A DNA stretch of 64,000 bases. Origin: Sphingomonas sp. Lineage in GTDB: Bacteria > Pseudomonadota > Alphaproteobacteria > Sphingomonadales > Sphingomonadaceae. The stretch's first letter is position 1, and each line of letters begins with the position of its first letter. The notes under the pieces were generated by a model. The model saw only the letters and a program-made list of their open reading frames with translations. It was not told the DNA's origin and searched no databases. This document shows positions 21,151 through 30,014 of the stretch, piece by piece. Position numbers and translations under genes: made by a program. The DNA lies in assembly GCF_036387535.1 (NCBI RefSeq), contig NZ_DASVTO010000072.1:219-64218 (forward strand). Reading direction: 5' to 3'.

Positions 21151-21743
21151 GACCGCGCACTCTTCGCCTGGTCATACGCCGCTTGGACTCGTGCCCACCC
21201 GTCGCGGTCGCCGCCGCGGTCGGGGTGCATGGCCATGGCGAGACCCCGATACGCTGCGCCGATTTCGGCCTCCGGGGCCGTTGGGCTTACCCGCAGGATA
21301 TCCCACCAGCTTTCAGGCGCCGGCAAGGCGAGATGGCCGGCAAATGCTTGGCGCAGATCGGCTACGCCCCAGCGTTCCTGGCCGCGCAGCGCCTCGATAT
21401 GAGCGGCGATCGCTGCGATGTTGTCGGCGACCCGATCCCACTTGTCGCAGGCCAGGACATGCGGTCGATTTTCAAGATCGAAATAGATGGCGGCGCCGAC
21501 ATCGACTGGCTCGCCGCGGCTGGCGTTCATGTCGCGACGTCCGGTCAGGGTCAGCTTGATGTTCATCGACAAGATGACGTTGGTCGCGCCGAGCTTCGTC
21601 AGCTGCAGCTCCGCCCGATCGCGTGCCATGTCGAGCGACACGCTCTCCCCGCCCCGATTGCCCGCGCGGAAGCGGGCCGGCGCGGTGCTGCACGCACGGG
21701 GGCGGCCCGACGGCCAGGCGAGTGGATATGCGGTGATGGTCAT
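21147..21743 (-). CDS. Phage protein with C-terminal J domain
   Basis: WWDILRVSPTA...AYRGLAMAMHPDRGG (HPD motif); N-terminal AYPLAWPSG and LACDKW typical of phage J proteins. Confidence 0.85.
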   Translation of the reverse strand: MTITAYPLAWPSGRPRACSTAPARFRAGNRGGESVSLDMARDRAELQLTKLGATNVILSMNIKLTLTGRRDMNASRGEPVDVGAAIYFDLENRPHVLACDKWDRVADNIAAIAAHIEALRGQERWGVADLRQAFAGHLALPAPESWWDILRVSPTAPEAEIGAAYRGLAMAMHPDRGGDRDGWARVQAAYDQAKSARS

Positions 21744-22018
21744 GGCCGCGGCTCCGGATGCGTAGCCTCGAACCGCGCCCAGCGGGGCGCGGGGGTCAGG
21801 CGAGTGTCAGGGTTCGCATCAAACCAGGAGACGGCGCGGCGGCCGGCGGCGCGCCAGTCGTCTATCCGGCCCTGGCGCCAGGCGGCGGTGATGTCGTTCT
21901 GCAGCCGTGCCGGCAGACGCGCCCAATGATCGCGACACAGCAGCATCGCAGTCGGGAGCGGCGTAATGCAGCCCGGCGCGGTGCAGCGGCGCCGGGCCGT
22001 TGTTACGGAGGCGCGCAT
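21740..22018 (-). CDS. Small Cys/His (zinc-finger-like) phage protein
   Basis: CTAPGC...LCRDHWARLP; coupled starts and stops. Confidence 0.6.
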   Translation of the reverse strand: MRASVTTARRRCTAPGCITPLPTAMLLCRDHWARLPARLQNDITAAWRQGRIDDWRAAGRRAVSWFDANPDTRLTPAPRWARFEATHPEPRP

Positions 22019-22260
22019 CAGTGCAGGCCCAGCGCGTTGCGATAGGTTTCGAGGAGCGCGTCCATCTCGTCGCGCGCGTCCTTCTCCATTTTACGCAGGC
22101 GGACGATGGACCGCATCGTCTTGCCGTCGAAGCCCTGGCTCTTGGCTTCGAGATAGACGTCGCGAATGTCGTCGCTCATGCCCTTCTTCTCTTCCTCGAG
22201 CCGCTCGATGCGTTCGATGAACAGGCGCAGCTGGTCGGCGGCGACGATGTCGTCAGCCAT
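22018..22260 (-). CDS. gapR: GapR (DUF2312) nucleoid-associated protein homolog
   Basis: [20 protein letters not shown]...[12 protein letters not shown]...[10 protein letters not shown]; AGGGAG RBS. Confidence 0.92.
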   Translation of the reverse strand: MADDIVAADQLRLFIERIERLEEEKKGMSDDIRDVYLEAKSQGFDGKTMRSIVRLRKMEKDARDEMDALLETYRNALGLH

Positions 22261-22468
22261 GCACTTTCTCCCTTTGGTAGGCGGGTGCGCGGAAGATCGC
22301 CGCGTCGACGGCGGTGAGATCACCATCGGTGAAGATGCGCCCCGCCATTACGCGGGCGAGGCGGCGATCGTCGGCGAGCAGCGCGCCGACGAAGTCGATC
22401 AATGCGGCGCGATCATTGACCTGATCGTCGTCCCAATCATTGTCTTCGGCGCAGATCGGGCAGGTCAC
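22253..22468 (-). CDS. Hypothetical phage protein
   Basis: Overlapping start/stop chain; N-terminal CPIC. Confidence 0.5.
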   Translation of the reverse strand: MTCPICAEDNDWDDDQVNDRAALIDFVGALLADDRRLARVMAGRIFTDGDLTAVDAAIFRAPAYQREKVHG

Positions 22469-24237
22469 TGGCCTGCCTCCGGATCGTCGACGTTGGCGCC
22501 GCCCGATCCCGATCGGTGCCGCTCATATTCCGCGAAGGTCGCGAAATAGCGGTCGACGACAGCGACCCCGTCGAGCAGCACCGTGAGGCTTCCGAACGCG
22601 TCGATGTAGCGACGTTCGTCGTTCTCGGGCTGGTCGGCGTAGAAGCCATCCGACCAGCGGTAGAAGGTTTCGCCGTCCGCGATGATCACGGCGGGCTGTT
22701 CATCGGCGGGGTCGATGCCGCCGGTGCGAGCCTCGGCCTGGACCAGTGCACCCCGCGCGCGTTGCTCTTCATCCAGGTGCGCCTTGGCCGCGCCGACCTG
22801 GGCGTCGGCGTCGGCCTGGGGCACGAACAGGCGGACATAGACCGCATGTCCCGCCCCGAGCGTCGGGTGGATCATCGGCGCGGTCTTGTCCTGATAAGGC
22901 TGCGGCCAGAATGCGCGCCCGGCGAATTTGGTATCTTCGAACCCGCCCAATCCCAGGCGGTGCGACCAGAGATCGACGTCGCGTGCGCGCTGCGCCTCCT
23001 GCCGCTCCTCCAAGGTCGGCGCGACATACACCTCCCGCTTGGGTTCCGGCGGCCGGACTTCCTTGGCTTTGTCCTTGTCGACGAAGAAGACGCTATCGAC
23101 CAGGACCAGCCTGCCCTGGGTATCGAGGCCGACGATGCCCTTGACCTGCGCGCCGCAATTGCGGGCGGCGTTCCAGCGCTTTTCCTTGTCGTACTGGCAC
23201 TGGATCTCGACGAACCCGGCGGGCGGCTTGGGGCGGGTCCACTGCCAGTAGCCAACCTCGAGATCGGGGGCGATCAGGGCGCCGGCGTTGATCCCTGCCC
23301 CATCACGGTTGAGGCGTGACACGGTCTCGACCAGGCCGTCCTGGATCTTCTCGACCGCAAGGCGCTTGGCGAGCATGCTGTCGGCCAGTCTGCGGCCATT
23401 GTCTGCCAGCGGGTTCGCGAAGAGATCGTCGTCGTAGCGACCGCCGGCGGCTTCATAGGCTTCCAGCCCGATGAACCGCACGACCGCGCTATCGGCGGTC
23501 ATGATCTTGATCGCCAAGTCGCGCCGGATCGCATCGACGTCGTGCGATTTCCAGGCCCCGACGCGGTTGTGAACGGCAAACACGCGCAGCTGCAGATCGC
23601 GATCCTGGCTGGTGGCGTAGGCCATGGCGGCGTCGAGCGTCAGCTTGCGGTCGCGCAGCGCCTCCAGGATCGCCGGCGCGAGCTGGGCGAGGCGGAGGCG
23701 CTGCTTCACATAGCGTTCGGTAAAGCCGAACCGCTTGGCCAGGCCGGCGGCGTCGATCGTGCCCGGCCGCATGAGATGCTCGAACGCGAAGAACTCGTCG
23801 GCCGGGCTCATGTCGCGGCGGGCGAGATTTTCCGACAGCGACAGCTCGATCGCTTCGTCCATGCCGCGCACCAGGACCGGGACGCGGTAGTCGTCACCGA
23901 TCAGGCCGCGCTCGCGCAGGATGCCCAGCGCCGCCAGCCGGCGCCCGCCCCCCACGATCCAGGTGAAGCCGTCCGGAAAAATATTCTGCGAGGCATCCTG
24001 ATAGCCGATCAGTGATTGCAGCAGCCCGTGCGCGGCGATGTCGTCCGCCAGCTCGGCGGCGTCTTCGGCCACGCGGGTGACGCGGACATTTTCCGGGGCG
24101 CGGTCGAGCAGCGCGAGCGGCACCAGCTGGACGATCGTCTCGACGATCGCCGCCGGCGGCGGTGCGGCCGGTGACGGATCGATCGTGCGGGATTTCGCCG
24201 CACGGGGCTTTGACGTGGTCGATGCTTTGGTGGACAT
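22465..24237 (-). CDS. ParB/Spo0J-like protein (long form, no ParA partner)
   Basis: APENVR, IAAHGLLQSL, GGGRRLAAL, SLSENLARRDM, then HTH LAKRFGFTERYVKQRLRL; GGAG RBS before MSTKAS. Confidence 0.85.
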   Translation of the reverse strand: MSTKASTTSKPRAAKSRTIDPSPAAPPPAAIVETIVQLVPLALLDRAPENVRVTRVAEDAAELADDIAAHGLLQSLIGYQDASQNIFPDGFTWIVGGGRRLAALGILRERGLIGDDYRVPVLVRGMDEAIELSLSENLARRDMSPADEFFAFEHLMRPGTIDAAGLAKRFGFTERYVKQRLRLAQLAPAILEALRDRKLTLDAAMAYATSQDRDLQLRVFAVHNRVGAWKSHDVDAIRRDLAIKIMTADSAVVRFIGLEAYEAAGGRYDDDLFANPLADNGRRLADSMLAKRLAVEKIQDGLVETVSRLNRDGAGINAGALIAPDLEVGYWQWTRPKPPAGFVEIQCQYDKEKRWNAARNCGAQVKGIVGLDTQGRLVLVDSVFFVDKDKAKEVRPPEPKREVYVAPTLEERQEAQRARDVDLWSHRLGLGGFEDTKFAGRAFWPQPYQDKTAPMIHPTLGAGHAVYVRLFVPQADADAQVGAAKAHLDEEQRARGALVQAEARTGGIDPADEQPAVIIADGETFYRWSDGFYADQPENDERRYIDAFGSLTVLLDGVAVVDRYFATFAEYERHRSGSGGANVDDPEAGQ

Positions 24238-24413
24238 GGGGACATTCTCCGGGGCCAGTCGAGGGGCGCCCGGAGCGCAGAGGTCCGACCGGGCAGTCAT
24301 GCTCACAGTCGCGGGGGCAACCGCGACTGCCTCGGAATTCGGCGGCAGGCCGGCCGACCCGCCGGCCTGCCGATCGCCCGGCGCCGGACGGTTCTGGGCC
24401 GGATCGACGCGCA

Positions 24414-24644
24414 TCACAGGAACAGCCCCGCGACACCGGCCGCGATCTGCTGCGGCGTGATGGCGTAGCCCAGCGTCCCGCCGATCAGCGTGGCGATCGT
24501 GAACATGACGGCGCGGACGCGGCGCTCGCGCGGATCGCCACGCAGCACGCCTGGATGACGGCAGCCGGGGCAGCGGCATGCCTGCGCATGGATTGCACGC
24601 ACGACCGGCGACACATGGTCCCAGGCAATGAACTGATAGCTCAT
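24414..24644 (-). CDS. Small membrane protein, hypothetical
   Basis: CRCPGC motif plus hydrophobic C-terminus; ATGA coupling. Confidence 0.55.
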   Translation of the reverse strand: MSYQFIAWDHVSPVVRAIHAQACRCPGCRHPGVLRGDPRERRVRAVMFTIATLIGGTLGYAITPQQIAAGVAGLFL

Positions 24645-25063
24645 GCGGTAGCCCCTTCGCCGTCGGTGCTGTGGACGATCGCACGATACATCCAGGCGAC
24701 CGATGAGCGGGTGGCGCTATCCTCGCACGCGCTGCAGAGGTCGTCGGCGACCCAATGGCAGGCGGTCGAAACGTCATCGATGCAGGCGTCGTTCTGCGTA
24801 CAGCCGCAGCCGGTGCAGATCGTCGGGTGGCGATCCGCGGGTTCCTCCGCCAGCTGGCGGTACACGTCGACGTCGAACGGATACAGCGTCCGGAGCCGGG
24901 CAACGTCACCCGCCTCCCCCACGACACCGTCCGTTTCCCACAGGCGGAGCAGCGCATAGGCGACGCGGCGATCGGCGATGCGCGGTGCGAGTGCGCAGGC
25001 GGCGGCATCCAGGGTCAGGCCGGCAGCGGCGCGGCGGGTGCGGAGATAGGCGGCGGGCGTCAC
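24641..25063 (-). CDS. XRE-like HTH plus Cys-rich zinc-binding protein
   Basis: YLRTRRAAAGLTL; ICTGCGCTQNDAC...CHWVADDLCSAC. Confidence 0.7.
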   Translation of the reverse strand: MTPAAYLRTRRAAAGLTLDAAACALAPRIADRRVAYALLRLWETDGVVGEAGDVARLRTLYPFDVDVYRQLAEEPADRHPTICTGCGCTQNDACIDDVSTACHWVADDLCSACEDSATRSSVAWMYRAIVHSTDGEGATA

Positions 25064-25239
25064 CGGCGGGCGCCCTGCAGGCGTGCGAACGCGACGATCA
25101 GCAGCGCGGGGACGACGAAGAAGGCGACCAGGATCGCAATCCCCAGCCCGACCCAGCGCGGATGCGCAATGGCGGCCGAGATGGCGACGTCACCGGCGCG
25201 GCCGGCGGAAGGTTGCGAGGTCGAAGGATCGGGTAGCAT
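25060..25239 (-). CDS. 59-aa single-TM protein (below ORF-track cutoff)
   Basis: AAGGAG RBS, MLPDPST...WVGLGIAILVAFFVVPALLIVAF; stop overlaps next GTG. Confidence 0.6.
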   Translation of the reverse strand: MLPDPSTSQPSAGRAGDVAISAAIAHPRWVGLGIAILVAFFVVPALLIVAFARLQGARR

Positions 25240-25354
25240 CGTTGGGCTCCTTTGCCGGGCAAGGCGGGGGCGTTCCCGGCGGCGGGGGAGCCGCGGCCGG
25301 GTGGGTGAGTTCGGGGCACTGGTGCGTCAGGCGGGCGGCGCGGCCCGCGTGAGA

Positions 25355-25693
25355 TCAGCCGGAGGCGATGGTCGCCGCGGCCGGGGGCAGGACGGCGTCG
25401 TCATTTGCCGGTGCCGGCGCAATGTCGTTGGCGGGCCGCAACGGCGATCGATGTCGTGGGTCCGCCAGGCCCTTGCTGGAGAAAGGGAGGCGGATGTCCG
25501 GGTTCGGCCGCTCGCTGGCGCGGACGGTCAAGATGATCGACAGCTGCGCGACGCAGCTGAAGCCGCAGCCGTCGCAGGCCATGCGGGTTTCGCGGACGGT
25601 GGACGTCACCTGCTCGCTGGTTCGCGTGATCATGCGGTTGCTGCAATGCGGGCAACCGATGCCGATATTCCTAGGACGTTGAACGCGCTTCAC
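25355..25693 (-). CDS. ogr: Ogr/Delta-family zinc-finger late transcription activator
   Basis: CPHC...RTSEQVTSTVRETRMACDGCGFSCVA. Confidence 0.85.
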   Translation of the reverse strand: MKRVQRPRNIGIGCPHCSNRMITRTSEQVTSTVRETRMACDGCGFSCVAQLSIILTVRASERPNPDIRLPFSSKGLADPRHRSPLRPANDIAPAPANDDAVLPPAAATIASG

Positions 25694-26187
25694 TTCTGGG
25701 CTCCCCCCACTGATCCTGCGCCGGCCACCCCGGCCGGCTTCAGGAAACTGGCGAGGCGGCGCAGGATCGACGTCAGCCGTCCGCGCGCTTCCTCTGTCTC
25801 GGCAATCGCGCGGTGAACCATGGCGGGTGATGCCCCGCTCGCGGTCACGGCCAGCGCATGCTGGATGGCTTCGCCGACATCCTGGGCGGCAAGGCCGATG
25901 TCGGTGGTAAGTTCGAGCCGGCAGGCGAGATCGTCGGCAAACGCGACATCAAGCTGCGCGGCATAGCTGTCCAGGATCGGCGCGCCATCGCCGCCGGCCG
26001 CGCGCCAAGCGAGGTCGAGGGACAGCGCATCCTGCAAGCGCGGTTCGCCGTCCTGATCGTCTTCGCTCCAATAGCGCACGGTGCGCTCGGACCGGCCGAC
26101 CAGGCGGGCGGCTTCGGGGTAGCCGATCAGACCGGCGATGCGGGTGACGGCCTGGGCGAAGGTGAGGGCAGGGCGAGGCTTGGTCAT
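25690..26187 (-). CDS. CII-like phage regulatory protein
   Basis: N-terminal HTH (AARLVGRSERTVRYWSE), helical C-terminus, position downstream of cro. Confidence 0.6.
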   Translation of the reverse strand: MTKPRPALTFAQAVTRIAGLIGYPEAARLVGRSERTVRYWSEDDQDGEPRLQDALSLDLAWRAAGGDGAPILDSYAAQLDVAFADDLACRLELTTDIGLAAQDVGEAIQHALAVTASGASPAMVHRAIAETEEARGRLTSILRRLASFLKPAGVAGAGSVGGAQK

Positions 26188-26369
26188 ACCCCGCTCCCTC
26201 CATTTTCTAGTTGATCGCTTGTCAGGCGCATACGAGCGATCAACCGGGCGAGATCAAGCAGCGCCTGGGCACCCTCGGTATCACCACAACTGCTGCTGAT
26301 TTCGGCACTGATGCGGGCCATTGCAGCGGCCCGTGCCCGAACTTCCGCGGGTGTTAGCTTGCGCCTCAT
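26184..26369 (-). CDS. Hypothetical protein
   Basis: ATGA-coupled to cro and to the CII-like gene. Confidence 0.5.
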   Translation of the reverse strand: MRRKLTPAEVRARAAAMARISAEISSSCGDTEGAQALLDLARLIARMRLTSDQLENGGSGV

Positions 26370-26656
26370 GCCCGTGCCGCCTTCTTTTTTGGAGCGGGAT
26401 CGCAAGCGACCGGCTCGGACTTTGCGACTAAAGGTGCAGTGTCCTCCGGATAGATGTCCGGGCGGAGATGATGACGGGAAACACCGGTGGCCGCTTCAAC
26501 CGACAGAACATATTCAGCCGGTATGCGCTTGCTGCTCTGCAGCCACTTCCAAACGGCCGGCTGCCCGATCCCGCAGAGCCGCGCCATGGCCGACTGACTG
26601 CCGATCCGGTTCACTGCTGCCCTCAAGGCTTCATAAGGCGTTGGAGATTGTTCCAT
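26366..26656 (-). CDS. cro: Cro/YdaS-like repressor
   Basis: GSQSAMARLCGIGQPAVWKWL...VEAATGVSRHHLRPDIY; divergent from CI. Confidence 0.85.
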   Translation of the reverse strand: MEQSPTPYEALRAAVNRIGSQSAMARLCGIGQPAVWKWLQSSKRIPAEYVLSVEAATGVSRHHLRPDIYPEDTAPLVAKSEPVACDPAPKKKAARA

Positions 26657-26659
26657 AAG

Positions 26660-26735
26660 TATTCACCTATTCCATGCGGATTAGGTGGTCAATGAGAATT
26701 CTCCGATAGCCGATTATTCCTTAAGCGATAGGTCA
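26660..26735. promoter_or_regulatory. CI/Cro switch region with candidate operators
   Basis: AT-rich; palindrome CACCTATTCC-ATGC-GGATTAGGTG at 26664-26687 and related TATTCCTTAAGCGATAGG at 26715-26732. Confidence 0.65.
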
Positions 26736-26741
26736 TGAGCC

Positions 26742-27404
26742 ATGATCGTGGCGGAACGAGTGCGGGAGCGGCTGGCGGTAAAGGGGCTTTCCCAATCCGA
26801 ACTGGCTCGTCGTGTAGGTGTCACCCAAGGCGCTATCGCAAAGATCGTGAGCGGCATTTCGCAAGGATCGTCGCATCTCCACCGGGTGGCGCGGGAACTC
26901 GAAACTACCCCCGCATATCTTACCGGCGAGACCCAGGATCCTAGCTTGGGAGCTGCACCGGCGCCAACTCCAGAGACGGTCGCCGAGCAGCTTGACCTGC
27001 TCATGATCCCGGAAATGGACATTCAATATGGGATGGGCGGCGGCACGATCGTGATCGAAGGGGCCGACATGACGTCGATCCCGTTCCCCCGCGCGTGGCT
27101 GGAATCGGTCACGAAATCGCCGGTGGAGTTGCTGTTCTTCGCGCGCGGCCGGGGAGACTCGATGCAGCCGACGGTAATGGACGGCGACATCGTGCTGATC
27201 GACCGTTCCGACACGCGCATCATCGACCAGGACCGGATCTGGGCGATCGGCTTTGGCGAACTGGGCGCGATCAAGCGGGTGCGGCGGCGCGGCGGCGGTG
27301 GGTGGAAGTTGATGTCGGACAACCCGCTGGTGTCGGACGAGATGCTCGCCGACGACGAGATGTTCGTGGTGGGCCGCGTGATCTGGGTGGGTCGCAAGAT
27401 CTAG
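26742..27404 (+). CDS. cI: CI-type repressor (XRE HTH + S24 peptidase)
   Basis: GLSQSELARRVGVTQGAI HTH; GDSMQP (Ser) and AIKRV (Lys) dyad; YGMG at the cleavage-site position. Confidence 0.92.
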   Translation: MIVAERVRERLAVKGLSQSELARRVGVTQGAIAKIVSGISQGSSHLHRVARELETTPAYLTGETQDPSLGAAPAPTPETVAEQLDLLMIPEMDIQYGMGGGTIVIEGADMTSIPFPRAWLESVTKSPVELLFFARGRGDSMQPTVMDGDIVLIDRSDTRIIDQDRIWAIGFGELGAIKRVRRRGGGGWKLMSDNPLVSDEMLADDEMFVVGRVIWVGRKI

Positions 27405-27413
27405 GGGAAATTT

Positions 27414-28298
27414 ATGCTATCGAGAGTGGGACGGGCTGCAGGTTGGCTTTGGGTGGCGTTAGCCCTTCTGCTAGCGATTGGCGCGGCGTCCGACCGCATG
27501 ATCCTGGCTGTTGTGCTTCTGCTACTTTCTGCAGCTATGGCCGCGCCACCCTTGCGTCCCGGGCTGGCGCGATACGGCTTGCCACGGAAATGGGCCGTCA
27601 CCGTTGGCTTCATTTCCGGCTTTGCTGGCTTTCTGACGATCGGGGCAATGGCCAAACGTCCTGATTTGCCCATTACCGGAACGACTTCTCAGATCGCTAT
27701 GGCGGAACGTGGGAAGGCGCCTGCGGTGCCGGTGGCGAAGGTCAGCGTCCCGATAGTCTCGCCTCAGAAGGAAGCCTATCTTGCGCAACTTCGGCGCGAG
27801 ATCGCGTCGCTGCGCAAATATGAGCTTCCGCTCAAGGAAGAGATTGCGAGCAAAGAGATGATTCAGCTGCAATTGGCTGCGATCGGGGCCTGGGCAAAGG
27901 TGTACGCGGACGGCTCGGACATGGCTCTTATTGGCTCCGATGAGGCGGAGCGGCAAACTTTCAAATCATTGCTTGCCGGCGTGCAGAAGCGGCTGTTTCC
28001 TGCGCTGCGCAAGGCGGAGGGGCCCGTCTTGGATAAAGCGCTTTGGGAGAGTGATATCGATGTTGCTACACTCGGTGCGGGGTTCAACACGATGCGGTTC
28101 ACGGGGGGCCTGTTCGCTGCCAATCGCAATATCAAGTCGGTTCAAGATACCTTCGAAGAAACAGCCTCCCTGCTGCGGTTCAAGCGGGTAAATTATGAGT
28201 GGTATCGTGGTGCAGGATCGCAGGGTTATGACATGAGCCCGATCGGCGACGATGACGTGGCTTCATTGAGCGTCGCGGGTTGGACGGCGCTTCCATGA
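27414..28298 (+). CDS. Membrane-anchored accessory protein downstream of cI
   Basis: Three N-terminal hydrophobic segments, soluble C-domain, lower GC, 9 bp after cI. Confidence 0.7.
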   Translation: MLSRVGRAAGWLWVALALLLAIGAASDRMILAVVLLLLSAAMAAPPLRPGLARYGLPRKWAVTVGFISGFAGFLTIGAMAKRPDLPITGTTSQIAMAERGKAPAVPVAKVSVPIVSPQKEAYLAQLRREIASLRKYELPLKEEIASKEMIQLQLAAIGAWAKVYADGSDMALIGSDEAERQTFKSLLAGVQKRLFPALRKAEGPVLDKALWESDIDVATLGAGFNTMRFTGGLFAANRNIKSVQDTFEETASLLRFKRVNYEWYRGAGSQGYDMSPIGDDDVASLSVAGWTALP

Positions 28299-28430
28299 TA
28301 CTGAGGATGGTTCCCGACCACGATCAGTGGCCAGTGACGCCGGTGCAGGATATCTAACCCCCGGTTCATTGGGGACAAGCAATGGCGTGACGCGGCGATC
28401 CAAGCAATGCTGGGTGTTCGCGGTTCCGGC

Positions 28431-28459
28431 TTGACGTGACTATGTAAATCACACATAGT
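28431..28459 (+). promoter_or_regulatory. TA promoter with overlapping operator
   Basis: TTGACG-N17-CATAGT; inverted repeat ACTATGT (28439-28445) / ACATAGT (28453-28459). Confidence 0.7.
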
Positions 28460-28465
28460 GTGGCC

Positions 28466-28735
28466 ATGCAGATCGAGTTCGACCCCGCCAAGGATGCGAT
28501 CAACCGGGAGCGCCACGGCGTCCCGCTGGCGCTGGGCGCGGCGATCTTCGACGATGCGGATCATCTGGTGATCGCGACCGTCCGCCCCGAGGATGGCGAG
28601 GATCGTTACAAGGTGGTGGGTCTGGTGAACGGGCGGCTTCACACCGGCGTGCATGTCATGCGCGGTGCGGTCGTCCGGTTCATTTCGGTGCGCAGGAGCA
28701 ACGCTGGTGAAGAAAGAGCCTATCATGGCCATTGA
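28466..28735 (+). CDS. brnT: BrnT-family ribonuclease toxin
   Basis: IEFDPAKDAINRERHGV...GEDRYKVVG...RFISVRRSN. Confidence 0.9.
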   Translation: MQIEFDPAKDAINRERHGVPLALGAAIFDDADHLVIATVRPEDGEDRYKVVGLVNGRLHTGVHVMRGAVVRFISVRRSNAGEERAYHGH

Positions 28736-29000
28736 GGCCGATCCGAACGATCCGGAGGACTTCGCCGTCGACGCGGCGGCGGTCGAGCGGGCGCAGATGG
28801 GGCGGACGATCCGCAAGCTGCGCAACCGGCTGGGGCTTTCGCAGGATGCGTTCGCCGAGCGATACGGGATCCCGGTCGCCAATATCCGGCAGTATGAGAT
28901 CGGCAGGACGATGCCGCCCCCGGCGGTCCGGTCCTATCTGGTGGTGATCGATCGCGAACCGGAGATGGCGGCGGCGGCGTTGCACCGCACAGCGGCGTGA
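28725..29000 (+). CDS. XRE-HTH antitoxin (HigA/MqsA-like)
   Basis: IRKLRNRLGLSQDAFAERYGIPVANIRQYEIGRTMP...YLVVIDREPE; overlaps the toxin gene. Confidence 0.85.
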   Translation: MAIEADPNDPEDFAVDAAAVERAQMGRTIRKLRNRLGLSQDAFAERYGIPVANIRQYEIGRTMPPPAVRSYLVVIDREPEMAAAALHRTAA

Positions 29001-30014
29001 TCAGGCGGCTTCCAGCGAAAGCGTGCTGCTCAACCCGCCGTTGCCGTCCAGCGTATGCGTCACCTCCGCGATTAGCCATGAGGCGGCATCGATCTCGCTC
29101 TTGAATCCCGTCACCTTCAGGCGCTGTTCGGGGTGCAGATCCGGCCGGCCGAGCGCCGGCGCAAGAGTCAGCTTGCGCGGCGCGCGGGCGGCGCGGCCCA
29201 GCTCGGCCGAGGCGGCTTTCTTGGCGGCATCCTCGCTCGCATAGACCTTGGCCAGCTTGCGTGTCTTGCCCTCCGTTCCTGCGGTCACGCTCTGCTTTTT
29301 CGCAGTGGCGCGATCGTGCCAGTCGGCGGTGACTCCGCTGGCCTCGTCGCGCTTTTCGACGGTGTAGCTGTGCTGGTCGCCGTCCTGTCGGCGGAAGGTG
29401 GCGGTGGGGATCGTCCGGCCGGACGCGGTGACGCCCGCGCCGATCGCCGCGAAGATCAGCCGCCCCGCCTTGATCGTGGCCACGGCGTCATGCTCCCGGC
29501 CGAGCCGCTTGAGTAGCGCCAAATCGCCTTCGCGGCTTTGCGCCAGATACGGCACCGGGATCGACGCCAGCGCCGGCGCGACATGCGGCTCGAGCGCCTG
29601 GCGCTTTGCGATTTCGGTGACGATCGCGCCGAGCGTGGTGGCGCGCCAGCTCTGTTCGCGGCGTGCGCGGCCGGCGCTGGTGAAGTCGGCGGCGCGCGCG
29701 CGGATCGTGATGCGGTCGGGCGGGCCATCATGGGCGACCTCGTCGACGACAAAGCTGCCCTTGTCGATCAACCCGGGTTGCACCTGACTGCCGCTCGCCC
29801 AGCCGAGCGCGACCGACAGTCGCGCGCCGGCGCGCGGGAGCGCCATGCGCCCGTCGCTGTCGTCGATGACGACGTCGAGCTGATCGGCTTCGTCGCCGCG
29901 TTTCTCGGTCAGCGTCAATGACACCAGGCGCGGGGCGAAGCGGGCGGTCAGGTCGGTGCCGTCGAGCAGGACGCGGAAGGCGGCGACGTTGGCGACGAAC
30001 GACGTCTGCCCCAT
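29001..30014 (-). CDS. D: P2 gpD-like late control / baseplate hub protein
   Basis: RLVSLTLTEKRGDEADQL, DKGSFVVDEVAHDGPPD, QSREGDLALLKRL. Confidence 0.9.
   Translation of the reverse strand: MGQTSFVANVAAFRVLLDGTDLTARFAPRLVSLTLTEKRGDEADQLDVVIDDSDGRMALPRAGARLSVALGWASGSQVQPGLIDKGSFVVDEVAHDGPPDRITIRARAADFTSAGRARREQSWRATTLGAIVTEIAKRQALEPHVAPALASIPVPYLAQSREGDLALLKRLGREHDAVATIKAGRLIFAAIGAGVTASGRTIPTATFRRQDGDQHSYTVEKRDEASGVTADWHDRATAKKQSVTAGTEGKTRKLAKVYASEDAAKKAASAELGRAARAPRKLTLAPALGRPDLHPEQRLKVTGFKSEIDAASWLIAEVTHTLDGNGGLSSTLSLEAA

Noticed and set aside
24238-25008. 847-aa ParB with a long N-terminus
   Set aside because: The upstream part overlaps better-supported coupled small genes; a clear RBS precedes the ATG at 24237
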